DNA of 64,000 bases from Octopus bimaculoides (taxonomy: Eukaryota): positions 27,977,908-28,041,907 of the forward strand of contig NC_068993.1 in NCBI RefSeq assembly GCF_001194135.2, read 5' to 3'. Shown here one piece after another: positions 34,136-46,538 of the stretch. Position numbers and translations under genes: made by a program. The notes beneath the pieces are model-generated. The model was given only the letters and a program-made list of their open reading frames with translations. It did no database searches and was not told where the DNA came from. Within the stretch, counting starts at the first letter, position 1, and each line of letters starts with the position of its first letter.

Positions 34136-35479
34136 TTATCCATCCATCTATCCATATATCATATCCAGAAAGTTTGCTGCAAGCATTTTTGCTACACAAA
34201 AAAATATTGTCGAATGAATGAAGAAATCTTAAATGAGTTAAGAAATTACTTTACTCCTTCTTATTGGTTGAAACAATTATATACCAAGTGGAGCAATTCA
34301 TCTTTTGTCTTGCAGCAAACCTTCTTATGGCCAAAAATCCTGAGGTGAATTTTCCTACAGGAAACTTTCCTAGAACTGCCTGAGTAGTGGAGGCTAATCA
34401 GCACCAAGAAACAGAGACCATTTCTGTAGCAACAGAAAAGATAGAGAGAAGGACCAGAGGTCAGAATGTACCTAGTAGTGTAACTATTTGAATGGCCTTT
34501 TTTAGGATGTAATCCAGGATATTTGTGTGCATAACAGCAGTAGTCCAATGTGGGCTTCACTTCAGCCTGTAGAGTATCAGTGGCTACCAAGGGCTGAAAT
34601 ATTTCCTAACCTTGAAAAGAAAGGTTAGTTTTGGAGAGATAGTCCTAGCTGTATCCACTGTATATAAGTTTACCATTTACCAAAGCTTTGTAATGACAAC
34701 AAAGTAATATTAAGGATGAAAGTTAGAAATAAACACCAGTTTCACAAAGTATTTTATAAATTTATTAAATTCATTTATCTTTTAAAAATCAAAAATCTCA
34801 CTTTATCATTTTGATAAATTGGAGAAAAATATCACAAGAGATTGTCGCACTTATGTAACATTTCTAGCATATTTTTGTGTAAAATTACCTCCAGGACATC
34901 AGAAGATGGTACAGTATTGTCTCTATAGTAGATTAACAATTTTCCCTTAAAATATATTCTCTGTTCAGTTCTCATGTTGTTGTTGCTGATAAGCTCAAGA
35001 GCAGCCCTAACCAAACACCTAGCATTCCAGCCAAGACCATCCCATCTTTTTGTATATCTTAGACTACATTGTTCATTATGGTAGAGTTTGATTTAAGGAG
35101 GATTTAGTTGTTATTTCTAGTACAACAAGTGACTACACAGAGGCTCCCTTGCTAGTTCATTAGAGCAAAAATATCCCTTCCAGAACATAAAAGTAGTTTA
35201 ATTCTATGTGGTTGTTCAACCTGCTAGAAATAGCAGGTAAATCTCCTTCAAACCATATCCTACTATCTTAAAAAATGGATACATAGAATCATGTAGTCCA
35301 GGGTACACAATATCAGGGGTAAAATGAGAGAGTCATGTTAGAAATGCCTGTGATTATCATTTGTTGGATCAATGCTGATTTAAGACCAAACAAAAATATA
35401 ACTCAATTTGATGTGACTACTTTCATTCCCTCCAACAATCATACACAAAAGCACCCTTCAAATGTCGGGTAATATGCTG

Positions 35480-35705
35480 TACTTGTGAAGAACCAAGTGA
35501 AATCGTAGTCATGGCCGATGCCAGTGTCACCTAAAAAGCACCTTTTATGCTCTCAGAGTAGTTGGTGTTAGGAAGGGCATCCAGCTGTAGAAACCTTGCC
35601 AAATCAGATTGGAGCCTGGTGCAGCCTCCCAGCTTGCCAGTCGTCAGTCAAACCATCCAACCCATGCCAGCAGTGAAAGCGGATGTTCAACGACGATGAT
35701 GATGA
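35480..35705 (+). mobile_element. RTE LINE 3' UTR fragment with a (GAT)n tail
   Basis: agtagttggtgttaggaagggcatccagc...ccaacccatgccagcagtgaaagcggatgttcaacgacgatgatgatgat. Confidence 0.75.
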
Positions 35706-36388
35706 TTTTCCCATCAAAATGATTTATTATTATTTTGTTCAATAATTATATATTTATGACATGTTTGCTACATATTTCACAATCACTTCAGTGTGATCCA
35801 TTTTTGAAATTACGCACCACAAATTTCTCAATGGGAGTCTTTTTCTCCAGCATGTTTAGAACTATGTTTGCTCCAAAGAGAACATTTCAAGAGAATGTTT
35901 TTTACAAACTTAACCATGCTATGGATTTTCTATTTCATGTTGGTCCATTGCTGATAAAATATCAAATATCCTATGTTTCACTTCTACACACATTTCAAGA
36001 TATACTTTTCAGTACAAACTAGTTGAATTAGAATTCCAAACTTTACTATAGATCTATGGCTGTACACATGTATCAACTGTTAGAGCCTCCACCTGGTTGC
36101 ACAACTGCTTGAAATTGCAGCCAAATTTCCCTCAAATTAAACTCCACCATCATAAATATAGGACACATTATATATAATGTAGTCCAAGATAACTCTAAAA
36201 AGATGAGGTGGGTATGATTGGAATATTTTTGATAATACATTTACTAAATCAAAGGTTGATTAGGAACTAAAGAACACCATTAAGTCTACTAGATAACCCC
36301 AAACCTTATCATGTCATATTTTCTCTAACGTATGAATGATTTAAGAAACCCTTCTATCACTACTGTGTGACAATGTTCAAACATAGGT

Positions 36389-37696
36389 TCATAACAAGGA
36401 TTTCTGTTTAGTATGAATCAGTTTGTGTTTTGTCACCAGACCTTTATTTGAAAATGCTTTCCCACAGATATCACAGTCGAATGGTTTCTCCCCTGTGTGA
36501 ACAACTTTATGGATCCTTACAGTGTTCTTCCGAGCAAAGGCTTTCCCACAAATATCACACTGGAAAGGTCTCTCTCCACTGTGAGTGACTTTATGACTAA
36601 TTACTTCACTCTTTCTAGCAAATGTCTTATCACAGATATCACAGTCAAATGGTTTCTCTCCGGTATGAATCACTTTATGCAAACGTAAATAACCACTCTG
36701 TGAGAATGATTTACCACAAATCGCACAGTGGTATGGTTTCTCTCCTGTGTGAACCACTTTATGTTTCGTTAGATGACCATTACTCGCAAATGTTTTACCA
36801 CAAATATCACAGTGGTATGGTTTCTCTCCTGTGTGAACCATTTGGTGTTTTCTTAAATTACCTTTACATGAGAATGTTTTACCACATGTTTCACAGTGAT
36901 ATGGCTTTTCTCCAGTGTGAACCATTTCATGTCTAGTGACATCATTTTTTCTAGAGAATGTTTTACCACAAACATCACAGTGAAATTGACTCTCTTCTGT
37001 ATGAATTATTTTATGGATGGCTAAACTACTATTGGATGAAAACCTCTTATTACAAATAATACATTGGTAAGGTTTGTCTCCTGTGTGAACCACTTTATGC
37101 CGGGTTATTTGACCCCTTCTGGGGAATGCTTTACCACAGATTTCACAGTTGAACGGACGTTCCCCTGTATGGACCATTCTATGAATACGTAAGTTACTAT
37201 TAGATATAAATGCTTTTCCACAAACTTCACAAGTGAATGGCTTTTCCCCAGTATGAATCATTTTATGTTTCTTTAAGTTGGTATTAGACATAAATGTATT
37301 ATCACAAATTTCACAACGGTATGGTTTCTGTCTCATATGTGCAACTTTATGTGCATTCAATTGCCAATTACGTAAGAATTTTTTACTACAAATCTCACAC
37401 TGGAATGGTCTTTCTCCTGTGTGAACAACTTTATGCCTGGATACATCACCTTTGTTTGTGAATACTTTACCACATATTTCACAGCTGAATGGCTTTTCTC
37501 CAGTATGAATCATTTTATGCTTTCGCAAGTTGCAATTAAATGTGAATGACTTGCCACACACTCCACAGTGGTGTGGTTTTGCATCAGTGTGGGATTGCTT
37601 GTGCTTATTCAAGTGCCAAGAGCTTAGAAAGTTTTTACTACAAATTTCACAGTGGTGGATTGGTTCTTCTGTAAGAATCATTTTGCCTTCCATCAA
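36389..37696 (-). CDS. Poly-C2H2 zinc-finger protein ZNF-D (15 fingers)
   Basis: 435-aa ORF of tandem fingers. Minus-strand acceptor ggtttctatttgtatttcag, with the exon starting at 37895. Confidence 0.95.
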   Translation of the reverse strand: MMEGKMILTEEPIHHCEICSKNFLSSWHLNKHKQSHTDAKPHHCGVCGKSFTFNCNLRKHKMIHTGEKPFSCEICGKVFTNKGDVSRHKVVHTGERPFQCEICSKKFLRNWQLNAHKVAHMRQKPYRCEICDNTFMSNTNLKKHKMIHTGEKPFTCEVCGKAFISNSNLRIHRMVHTGERPFNCEICGKAFPRRGQITRHKVVHTGDKPYQCIICNKRFSSNSSLAIHKIIHTEESQFHCDVCGKTFSRKNDVTRHEMVHTGEKPYHCETCGKTFSCKGNLRKHQMVHTGEKPYHCDICGKTFASNGHLTKHKVVHTGEKPYHCAICGKSFSQSGYLRLHKVIHTGEKPFDCDICDKTFARKSEVISHKVTHSGERPFQCDICGKAFARKNTVRIHKVVHTGEKPFDCDICGKAFSNKGLVTKHKLIHTKQKSLL

Positions 37697-38764
37697 GCTA
37701 CTATTTTCCCACTTTGAAGACCTAAATTAAGTAGGATAATTATTGTTGGTGAATATATCTTCCAGAAAGAAAAAGAATCTCTTTCACAGCTCCCTTGAAG
37801 GATTTTTTAGAATTCTCAAGGGAGCTCTTTTTAGTTTTAAATCAGGAAATGACATCTTTGCATAGAAATCCTCTTTTCATGATGCAAACATTTTTCTGAA
37901 ATACAAATAGAAACCAACCTTAATATAGGGTTTATGATAAGTAAAATAACATTAAAAATTAATAGCAAGGATATCATTTTAAATCTTGACTCTTTGCAAC
38001 ATATATGAAACATAAAGACAAACAAACTTCAGTGGATTATCACACTTTAAAATGACAATGATGATAATGTTCTCAACTTCTGATCAGATCATCAGCCATT
38101 ATATTTTGACAGTAAACAAAGTTAAGCTATGAATATATAAACACCAATATTATACCCAGTACATAGGGTGGTAAGTGGACAGAATTATAAGCATGCTGGG
38201 CTTAGTGACGTTTTGCCTGTCTTTATGTTCCGAGTTCAAATCCTGCCAAGGTTGATTTGCCTTCCATCCCTTCAGAGTTGATAAAATACCAGTTGAGTGC
38301 TGGGGTTGGTGTAAATGACTTACCCCAAACTTGCTGGCTTTGTGCTAAAATTTGAAACCAATGCCCAGTACAAATTCCTAAAAACAGTCTCCTGATCCAA
38401 GTATAGAACAATGGATGTCAATCAATGTGTATGTATACATATATTTTGTTAGTTTTTTTTACCATTGTTCCTCCATGCTAGTATGAGTTACAGAAGCATT
38501 ATTTTAGTCTTCCTGTCACTAACTCTCTACACATCCCACCACCATGTAGTACTGCTGTTTGTATACAAGCATTGTACAATTTAACACACACATTTAAAGA
38601 TACAAACAAGAGGAAAGGGTACCCAATATGTACAATAAGAGTCAAGAAAATGACAGCATGAATTAATTAAAGAAATTTCGGAAATACAACAACAAACCCT
38701 CCACTAAAAGTAGTGATAGCCAGCAGTCTGAAGTTGGCAAAAATATAATTTTTTGCTTTCTTCT

Positions 38765-38950
38765 AAGCAAAGCCTTACATTTTGGTGGGAGAGTGCTAGT
38801 CAATTACACTGACCCCAGTGCTCAACTGGTACTTGTTTTATCGACTGAAAAGGCGAAGTGAAACTGGGCAGAATTTGGACCAGAGCGTAAAGACAGACGA
38901 AACGAGGCTAAACATTTTGTCTGATGAGCTAACAATTCTGCCAGCTCGCT
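38765..38950 (-). mobile_element. SINE, family 3, inside the predicted ZNF-D intron
   Basis: gaccccagtgctcaactggtacttgttttatcgac...gagcgtaaagacagacgaaa...aacaattctgccagctcg. Confidence 0.75.
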
Positions 38951-40061
38951 TAAGACAACAGCTTGATGAGACTTGCTTTTAAGGAAAGTTATTAGCACAC
39001 TGGACGAAGAAATGTTTAAACTTGTATACAGTACTAGTGATGCAGCATCTGTAACATGCAGAGAGTTAGTTGGTGACCTGATATTAAAATGGTACCAATA
39101 CAAAGTGAAATAATAGAAAATGTACAATAGACCTCAAAACTTTTCCCAATACTCAGAGAACTCACATATGAGAAACCTAAGAAGCTGTCTTTACTCAACG
39201 TTTTATTCATTTATTTGTTTTTAAGATGATGAATGGACCCTACGACAAAGAAGTTAGTGAAGATATATTTGTGAATAGGGAAGAAACGACACTGAGTGGC
39301 TATGGTAAAATTTACAAGCAACAAGTGCGACTGAACATAGAAAACAAATCGTGATGAGTATTCGAAACAGCCTTCAGGAAGGTGCGGTAAATCAATGGAA
39401 GAAGATTGGAGCATATCTAGAAAAACAAAGCAAAAATTTAACCAGAAGACAGATACAGTCAAATAAACCACCAACAAATGTAGATCTTGTGTCGTTAGCG
39501 TAAAGCAAGTCTACAACCGAAATCGCCGATGAAGTACTCTCGATTGGAGCTGACCTGGGACTAAATAACAATATCCTACATTTGTCAGTTATTGGTAGGA
39601 ACATTTAATTTGTATCGTTTCTAACCATTCATTTTCATATTACCATATTTTAAACAAGTTCTTTATTGAGATTTCGTTTTACTTTTAATCTTATAATTAA
39701 TCAACAGAGTTTGAGGGAGATTTGGCTGATATTTCTCGCAGTTCGAGTGAACACAGAGAAACTAGCTCGATAGTTACGTATATAATTATAACACTAAAAT
39801 ATATATATATTTACGACCACTTATTATTGATGACAATAATGAGCCTTAAATATATTTATATTTATATATATAGTTACGTATATAATTATAACACTAAAAT
39901 ATATATACGTATATAACACAAAAATCTTTAAAAAAACACACCTTCAATAAACCTTGGCTACTGTAAAAAAACACCTTTACATAAATCATGAAACAGATGT
40001 CAACAATAAAACACTTGTTAAACCACAGCAACAGATTACAAGACACTCGAAGTTAACTTAC

Positions 40062-40265
40062 CTCAACAAACCGCTCTTCTCTGTCTTATCTTCTTCCTTT
40101 CTCTTCTCCTTAAACACTCTACATAGTTAAACAACAACATATCCTTTGTGCTCCAACTTCATGAATCGTCACTGCCGACGCTACACAGTATTTACATGTG
40201 TACACTGGATGCACCACACGAAATCAACAGAAATTTGAACGGCATGTTATGGCTGACCGGAAGTA
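40062..40265 (-). promoter_or_regulatory. Candidate ZNF-D promoter and non-coding first exon
   Basis: ccggaagt at 40257-40264. Perfect minus-strand donor GAG|GTAAGT at 40062/40061, in a CpG-enriched patch. Confidence 0.55.
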
Positions 40266-40865
40266 TAGAATATACTAATCGATATTAACGCTTTCAGCAA
40301 GTGGCACTGTGTAAGTCTCTTGATCTGCAGGAAATAACAACCAAATTTCCCTAAGAACAATAATAATAAATGGAAAGGTGGAAAGACATACAGAAAAAAT
40401 GAGATCGTCATTGTTATAATGTCCGCGTTAGTAGATTTTCTCAATCGGGAGACACGTTCACCCTCACACACACGCTCTCTCTCTCTCTCACACACACATA
40501 CCACTTTCAGTTTCACGAACTGTAAGTTTGTACGTTATTCATTTACTATCGGTTTGTTTCTCTGTCGTGTGTTCTGTTCCTTCCATTTATCTTATTTTTA
40601 TTTTTATTGATTTTATTCATTTTTATCTTAACACTTCTCCAGTTCTTCATCTCCCCCGCTTCCTCTTATATAAGCCAGGGTTGACAGGACTTTAGTCAGT
40701 TTTTAAATACAGTGGATTACCTAAAACTACCCATAATATGGTGGGTAAGAGGTCGTTCATTGACGAGAATGACCATACAATTACATATGCGCTTCCGTAC
40801 ATTTTCTATATTAAACAGTTAACGGCAAGAGAATATGGAAGTTTATATTAACATGTACAAAATGT

Positions 40866-41235
40866 ATTTATTCTTTTATACGTTTCAGCCCTAAGGCTGT
40901 GGCCATGCTGGAGCACCGCCAGTGTAATCACCTTTTCAATGGCCAATTTTATATGATTGGCTTTTGGTGAAGGAGGTAGTTTGACACTGCTGCCCTTTTT
41001 TGAGTTTCCTGCCTTCATCTGAGGCTTTGGATAGTAGGAGGTCGAATTGTTTCATGAAAACATTTACTCCTACCCCATGAAGATCCCTCAGATGTTTTGG
41101 CGAGGCGTAAATAGCTGTTGGCCCTTGGTCCTCACTCTAGACGGGGTAGTTGGGACCTTTGAAACAGTGTCGTGACGTCCTGTTCGAGGGCTGGTATAGC
41201 TCTCGATACCAAATTTATATTATGCCATAGAACAT
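40866..41235 (-). mobile_element. CR1/L2-like LINE 3' fragment
   Basis: Approximate minus-strand translation NFGIESYTSPRTGRHDTVSKVPTTPSRVRT..QLF..PKHLRDLHGVGVNVFMKQFDLLLSKASDEG resembles the CR1-type C-terminus (LFNxLP..LR...FKxxLD). Tail ggcggtgctccagcatggccacagccttagggctgaaacgtataaaagaa. Confidence 0.75.
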
Positions 41236-41285
41236 TTCTGTTAGGTTATATGTAGTTCTTAAAGGTTTACAATATAGAAGATATT

Positions 41286-41498
41286 CCTTTCTACTCTATG
41301 CACAAGGCCCGAAATTTTGGGGGAGGGGGACAGTCGATTAGATCGATCCCCAATACGCAACTGGTACTTAATTTATCGACCCCGAAAGGACGAAAGGCAA
41401 AGTCGACCTCGGCGGAATTTGAACTCAGAACGTAAAGACAGACGAAATACCGCTAAGCATTTCGTCCGACGTGTTAACGCTTCTGCCAGCTCGCCGCC
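41286..41498 (-). mobile_element. Young SINE, family 3, with a 19-bp TSD
   Basis: Direct repeat ttacaatatagaagatatt at 41267-41285 and 41499-41517. CpGs are intact and the tRNA-like head is ggcggcgagctggcagaa. Confidence 0.92.
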
Positions 41499-42079
41499 TT
41501 ACAATATAGAAGATATTGAATATGTTCTAGTTAAATTGGTTATGTGTATGTATCTAGTGATCTGGAAATAAAAGCAAGTAGATCAAACAATTAGATGGAT
41601 GGATAAACGTATGTTGACATATAAACACGAACATATATTTATGGAGCATATTATGTAAGGACAAGTAAAAGGAGACAAGGGCACATCTCTTGGAACAAGG
41701 TGACAAACGTCAGTATGGAATTTAGGTTGGCTCAGGTTCGGAGTTCAAATCGTCGATTCTTATAATCTTGGGTAAGATTTTCAAGAAACTTTGAATTACA
41801 ATTTAGCGAGAAGCTTTGATAATCCTACTTTGATGTTAATCGTTGTAAGTTGTTTCACGCCAATTGATGCTGATTGGCTAGTAAACATTTACGTGGCTGA
41901 CTGTTACATTCTCTCAAGAAACCGGCCATGCCTTTCATTGCAATATGGTTAGGCTGTGACTCCTAGCTGGAAATCCATGCGAGGTGATACGAATTGATGC
42001 GGAGATCAGCTACAGGTTGATATTAAGCTGATGTCTCCACATCTAGCTTTATTGAACTCATAGAGCATTACTTAGTGTC

Positions 42080-42330
42080 ACCTGCACCAGCACAACAGTT
42101 CGGTACGTCAACACCACTTGAAAAACACCGCTGCCTTTTCAAAGCACATTAGAGATTGAGAGGCAAAGGAGATACTATTAGCGTTCATCGTAAGTTTTAG
42201 ATAACTTTAAAGTCCTACGACTTTTACCTCACAGAAAAGCTAAACAATATCCGCACTCCTACAAAATCTTCAATGAAAAACACGATTTAACTTCAAAACT
42301 TCTAACCAGCAAAATACTTCCTTGAGAATT
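42080..42330 (+). mobile_element. Penelope-like GIY-YIG endonuclease C-terminal remnant
   Basis: Broken translation KNTAAFSKHIRD....FYLTEKL resembles the T-x-LSKHIW...CxLCLTEK segment of Penelope-like elements. Confidence 0.4.
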
Positions 42331-42867
42331 TCAAAGAAAGCCTTCCTTTGATGAATTGCAAACTACAATCAATAGTCTTTGCGATTCGGAGTCATCTTTT
42401 TCTTTCCAACAGAATGTAGATACTAAACAAGTGTATGAGACCATATACGTTTATAATATATATATACACAGACAAATGCCCATTATGTATGTATGTATGT
42501 ATGTATGTATGTAGTACGTATGTATTATGTGCGCATGCATGCATGAGGGTGTGTTCACATATACGACGGTCAAAATATGTGTATGTTTGCACAGACCGGT
42601 CATACATTGCCATCTATTTGTCGTTACCATTTCAAACGAAGTTAGGTATACTCGTACTTATCCATCTTTTTTACAATGCAGTCTCTACGTTATTCTTAAA
42701 GTGTACTTGGGTGCTCTATCTGAACATGAGATGCAATAATCATAGATGGGACACTTTGGTCATATTTTACCTAGGCTTACACAATAACAATTACTCTTAT
42801 GCAAGTGTGTGTGTGTAAGAGGGAGAGAGATTTTGTCGGCATCGTTTGTGAATTAGTTATTTGGGAT

Positions 42868-43028
42868 CTATTTTAAAACGGGGGCACCAGTATTTTCTTA
42901 ACGAAACACTTTGAAACTTGGGACACTGGTAGAATGTGTCATATAAAACATCTTTTACTTAGTCTTCTTAACAAAAAAATGTACATGAAACGTAAATGAA
43001 AACTGGTGCCCCCGTTCTAAAATAGATC
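42868..43028. mobile_element. Short MITE (Tc1/mariner-like)
   Basis: TIR ggatctattttaaaacgggggcaccagt / actggtgcccccgttctaaaatagatcc (one mismatch). Confidence 0.8.
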
Positions 43029-43699
43029 CGTTATGTGCATTGATTGTAGGGTTCGGGGTGCTCTCCTTGTATTTGCATAAGACTCTTTCAATGTCTTCTC
43101 GTAACCTCCACTGCTGATAAATATCTTCGTTTTTTTTTTGTTTTTTTTTTTACAAGGTTAAACTTTATGTATTTTTTTTCTGTTTCTGTTTTCAAGTTTT
43201 GAACTGTTCTAATTCTTTGACAGACTCTGCTAAGAAAATTAGGTAGTTGTGAATTTTCCTTGAGCAACTGAATAGTTCTGAATTTCTACGGAACTAGCAG
43301 AATTCCTGGCACTGTCCAGGCCAATTTCTTGAACGAAAGAACCATGACAATTCTATATAAATGTATTATTTGAAACACAGCGATTCTTTTTTCTTTTTTG
43401 TAAAAAAATTATTTCTGATAAAACATTATAGAGTGAAGGACTTCTTAGTTTTTAGTTTTCAAAATGAAACATAACAAACAGTAAAATGGAAAATAGTGTT
43501 TATTTTTGTATACTTCCACATTATTCATATTTGAAAAATTTTCTACTTTATTTTAATTGCAAAGTCTGATCAAATCCTCAAAATTAATCTTATGTAACAC
43601 ATCCACTTCTATACTTAGCAAAGATAAGGCATCCCGAATATCATTTTAGGAAGTTTAAAGAGATTTCTTTTGTGTCGTAAACTATTTACCATTTTTGTG

Positions 43700-43906
43700 G
43701 TGCATCCCAATTCCCTTGATGCCATAAGCATGTGCTTATTTTGCTAATGGTTAATCCAGCGCTGCTATTTACACATTGTTGCCTAAGTTTCTTCTGGACG
43801 CGCATCACGAAGTTTTGGTATTTCACAGTCGTCACTTCCGGTTTCTGTTGCAATATACTTTCATTTTTAAAGACAATTTACTTTCATTATTTTACAACGG
43901 TAAATT
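43700..43906 (+). promoter_or_regulatory. Candidate ZNF-E promoter and first exon
   Basis: cacttccgg at 43833-43841 and ZNF143/SBS-like caattcccttgatgcc at about 43708-43723. Donor-like ACG|GTAAAT at 43900/43901. A second acttccgg lies at 44490-44497. Confidence 0.4.
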
Positions 43907-43921
43907 TCATGTAAACTCTAG

Positions 43922-44268
43922 TATGCACCCCATCCGACTTTGTTTCCTGATAACTTTTCGAAAAATAGGTATTTTTTAATGAAATTTTCTTCAAATAGCC
44001 TTCAGATGGTGTACATTACGATTATATCGGAATTTAATGTGAGAGAAAAAAAAAACGTGGGTGCGCATACATTCATACTCACACACATCACAATTTTTTT
44101 CATTTTGTTGGGATATATGTAATGTATTTGCGCCCACCACATTTCTTTTTCACATTAGATTCCAATATGATCAGAATTTACACCATCTGAAAGGTATTTT
44201 TAGAGAATTTCATTTAAAAAATCCATTTTTCTGAAAGATATGAGGAAACAAAATCAGTGGGGCACACT
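43922..44268. mobile_element. About 350-bp MITE with about 145-bp inverted arms
   Basis: 43925-44070 is inverted relative to 44125-44265. The arm contains the ataacttt..gaaaa..atgaaattt..ccttcagatgg module of the 24874-26750 element. Confidence 0.7.
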
Positions 44269-44715
44269 TGTGTAGGTATGCCAACTATACAGTACCCCAT
44301 TGTTTTTTAAAGACGATAAATTCTATTGAAGAAACTTTGGTTGCTATGTCTAGCATTATGAGAGACGACGTCGAGGCTCCTTCGTTAGCTAAGATGATTT
44401 TTTTCAGTTTTAGCACGAGTTTGACAGTTAAAAATAAACATGTGTCTTAATGGGTGTGTCCTGTCTTACATGTGGTTAGTTTAGCCTGTACTTCCGGTGA
44501 ACAGCAACATGCTGTATTTCAGATTGCCTCTGATTTGGTTAGTTTGAGCCCAAGACTTGCGTCAACAGATTGAGGACATATAAGGAGGGATATGAAAAGG
44601 ATATGTTGTTGTTGTTGTTGTTTAATGAGACAAGAAATACAGAAGTTAAGACAGAGAAGATCGGTATGTAGAAGATAGCTTCTATGCAGTACGATTGAGT
44701 TAGATAGTTGCTGAA

Positions 44716-45455
44716 AGTTGCTGTTTAGCCCCAGGTCAGTGTTTTCCTGCAGACCTATGATCAATAACTGTGACAGTTATATCTTTTATATTGAGGGCCA
44801 CAGTATCTGGCAGAATTTTTGGAAAAGCTGTCACTGCCACATAGGAGAGGAAAAAAAAGCAAAGAATTGGGAGGGGTAGGAAATGTTTAAAATTTTCGAA
44901 ATAAAAAAATCTTTCAGAAACGTAATTCCTGTTACACAAAACAAAAATCCACCGACCTCCCTACCCTTTTTCTTCCCTTTGGTGTAGTGATAGCTATTCC
45001 AAAACTCCACCGTTATCGACTGCGCTTGTCCTCTGGGGTGCTAAAAGAGAGAGATACGGTTGATATTTCTAGCAGGTCCACGTAGAGGCTCCTTCGTTGA
45101 TCCTTGTTAAGCTCCAGGTTAACCGTGATTAAAAGTTTTCCAGTTATGACCGTAGCCTTCCTTTTTAAATATTGAAGTGTGTGATTTGGAGGAGATTTGG
45201 CTGGTATTTTTAACAAATATTTGTAATTACAGACGTATTTAATTGACACTTCGGTTACATTTTTAACGAGAGCTTCAACACTGCAAAACTTTTCTAAATC
45301 ACATTCTATGATACTATCTTTAAAAAAAAATGGACACATTGAAGCATTTGGCCTTAGATTATGTCTGAATAAAAGACGAGATGTGGTGACGGCTAGAATG
45401 ATTTTGATTATTTTGGTTTGCTCAATCCAGACTGACCTAGGGCTAAACAACAGCG
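44716..45455. mobile_element. About 740-bp non-autonomous DNA element
   Basis: TIR gttgctgtttagccccaggtcagt / gactgacctagggctaaacaacagc. Confidence 0.65.
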
Positions 45456-45609
45456 GTCATATGTTTTAGTAGTGTGTTATGTGTAGAAAGACATTGTTTG
45501 GTGTTTAGTTAATTTACTGAGACATTGTTTATTATTAGTTGTTACCTGAAATAGAACAACAATGCAAATTAACAATTTTGTATGAGAGACTGTCTGGATG
45601 TACAGTTCT

Positions 45610-45955
45610 ATTTCTTACGACGTCGAGGGTTTCAGTTGATCCGATCAACGGAACAGCCTGCTCGTGAAATTAACGTGCAAGTGGCTGAGCACTCCACAGA
45701 CACGTAGTTCTAGGGGATATTCAGTGTGACAAGGCTGACCCTTTTGCATTACAGGCACAACAGAAACAGGAAGAAAGATTGAGAGAAAGTTGTGGTGAAA
45801 GAGTACAGCAGGGTTCGCCACCATCCCCTGCCGGAGCCTCGTGGAGCTTTAGGTGTTTTCGCTCAATAAATACTCACAATGCCCGGTCTGGGAATCGAAA
45901 CCGCGATCCTATGACCGCGAGTCCGCTGCCCTAACCACTGGGCCATTGCGCCTCC
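45610..45955 (-). mobile_element. SINE, family 1
   Basis: Reverse complement of the 15400-15780 copy. Confidence 0.9.
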
Positions 45956-46484
45956 ACCGTTTTGGAACTACAGCTCTCATATATTACAGAGTTACAGCCA
46001 TCATAGACAGAGACACAACAATCATGTATTTAAATTAAAACCTTATATTGGTTCTATTATACAAAATTTCTTATTTAAAAATACCTTTATTTTTAATTAA
46101 ACCTTTTATAATAATTCTATGTAAGAAATTTTTGTTATGTTCCCAAACATAAGCTTAATAATGAAAACAATTTTCCTAAATTCCTCGAAACTCTTGATTA
46201 TTTTCAAAATTAACTGAAGCACAAAAACTATGTTATAAATCAGAAGTTTTGTGTTTTCAGACAACAATACCTTATTTAATTTGAAAGTTTGAATGCTAAC
46301 CACTGGTCAATGTTTGTTTTCTTCTTGTATTTCAGGTCATCTTACTGTGTTGATGAAATATATCTTGTGCTTCTGAAATACTCTCTCATAATGAGTGTTT
46401 TTAAATGCGGAACCTGTGGTTCATATTGAACACCTGAAATTGTGGTATATCCCTTTACAAACATCCTTGTTAAGCATAAACCAC

Positions 46485-46538
46485 ACACACACACACGCAC
46501 ACACACACACACGCACGCACACGCACACACACACACAC
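46485..46538. repeat. (CA)n/(CACG)n microsatellite in the ZNF-E 5' leader
   Basis: Direct reading. It lies between the acceptor at 46336 and the ATG at 46662. Confidence 0.9.

Noticed and set aside
39771-39906. 37-bp direct repeat tagttacgtatataattataacactaaaatatatata
   Set aside because: A local slippage duplication in TA-rich DNA with no further structure.
45013-45450. 145-aa minus-strand ORF
   Set aside because: No recognisable motif, and it lies wholly inside a TIR-bounded non-autonomous element.
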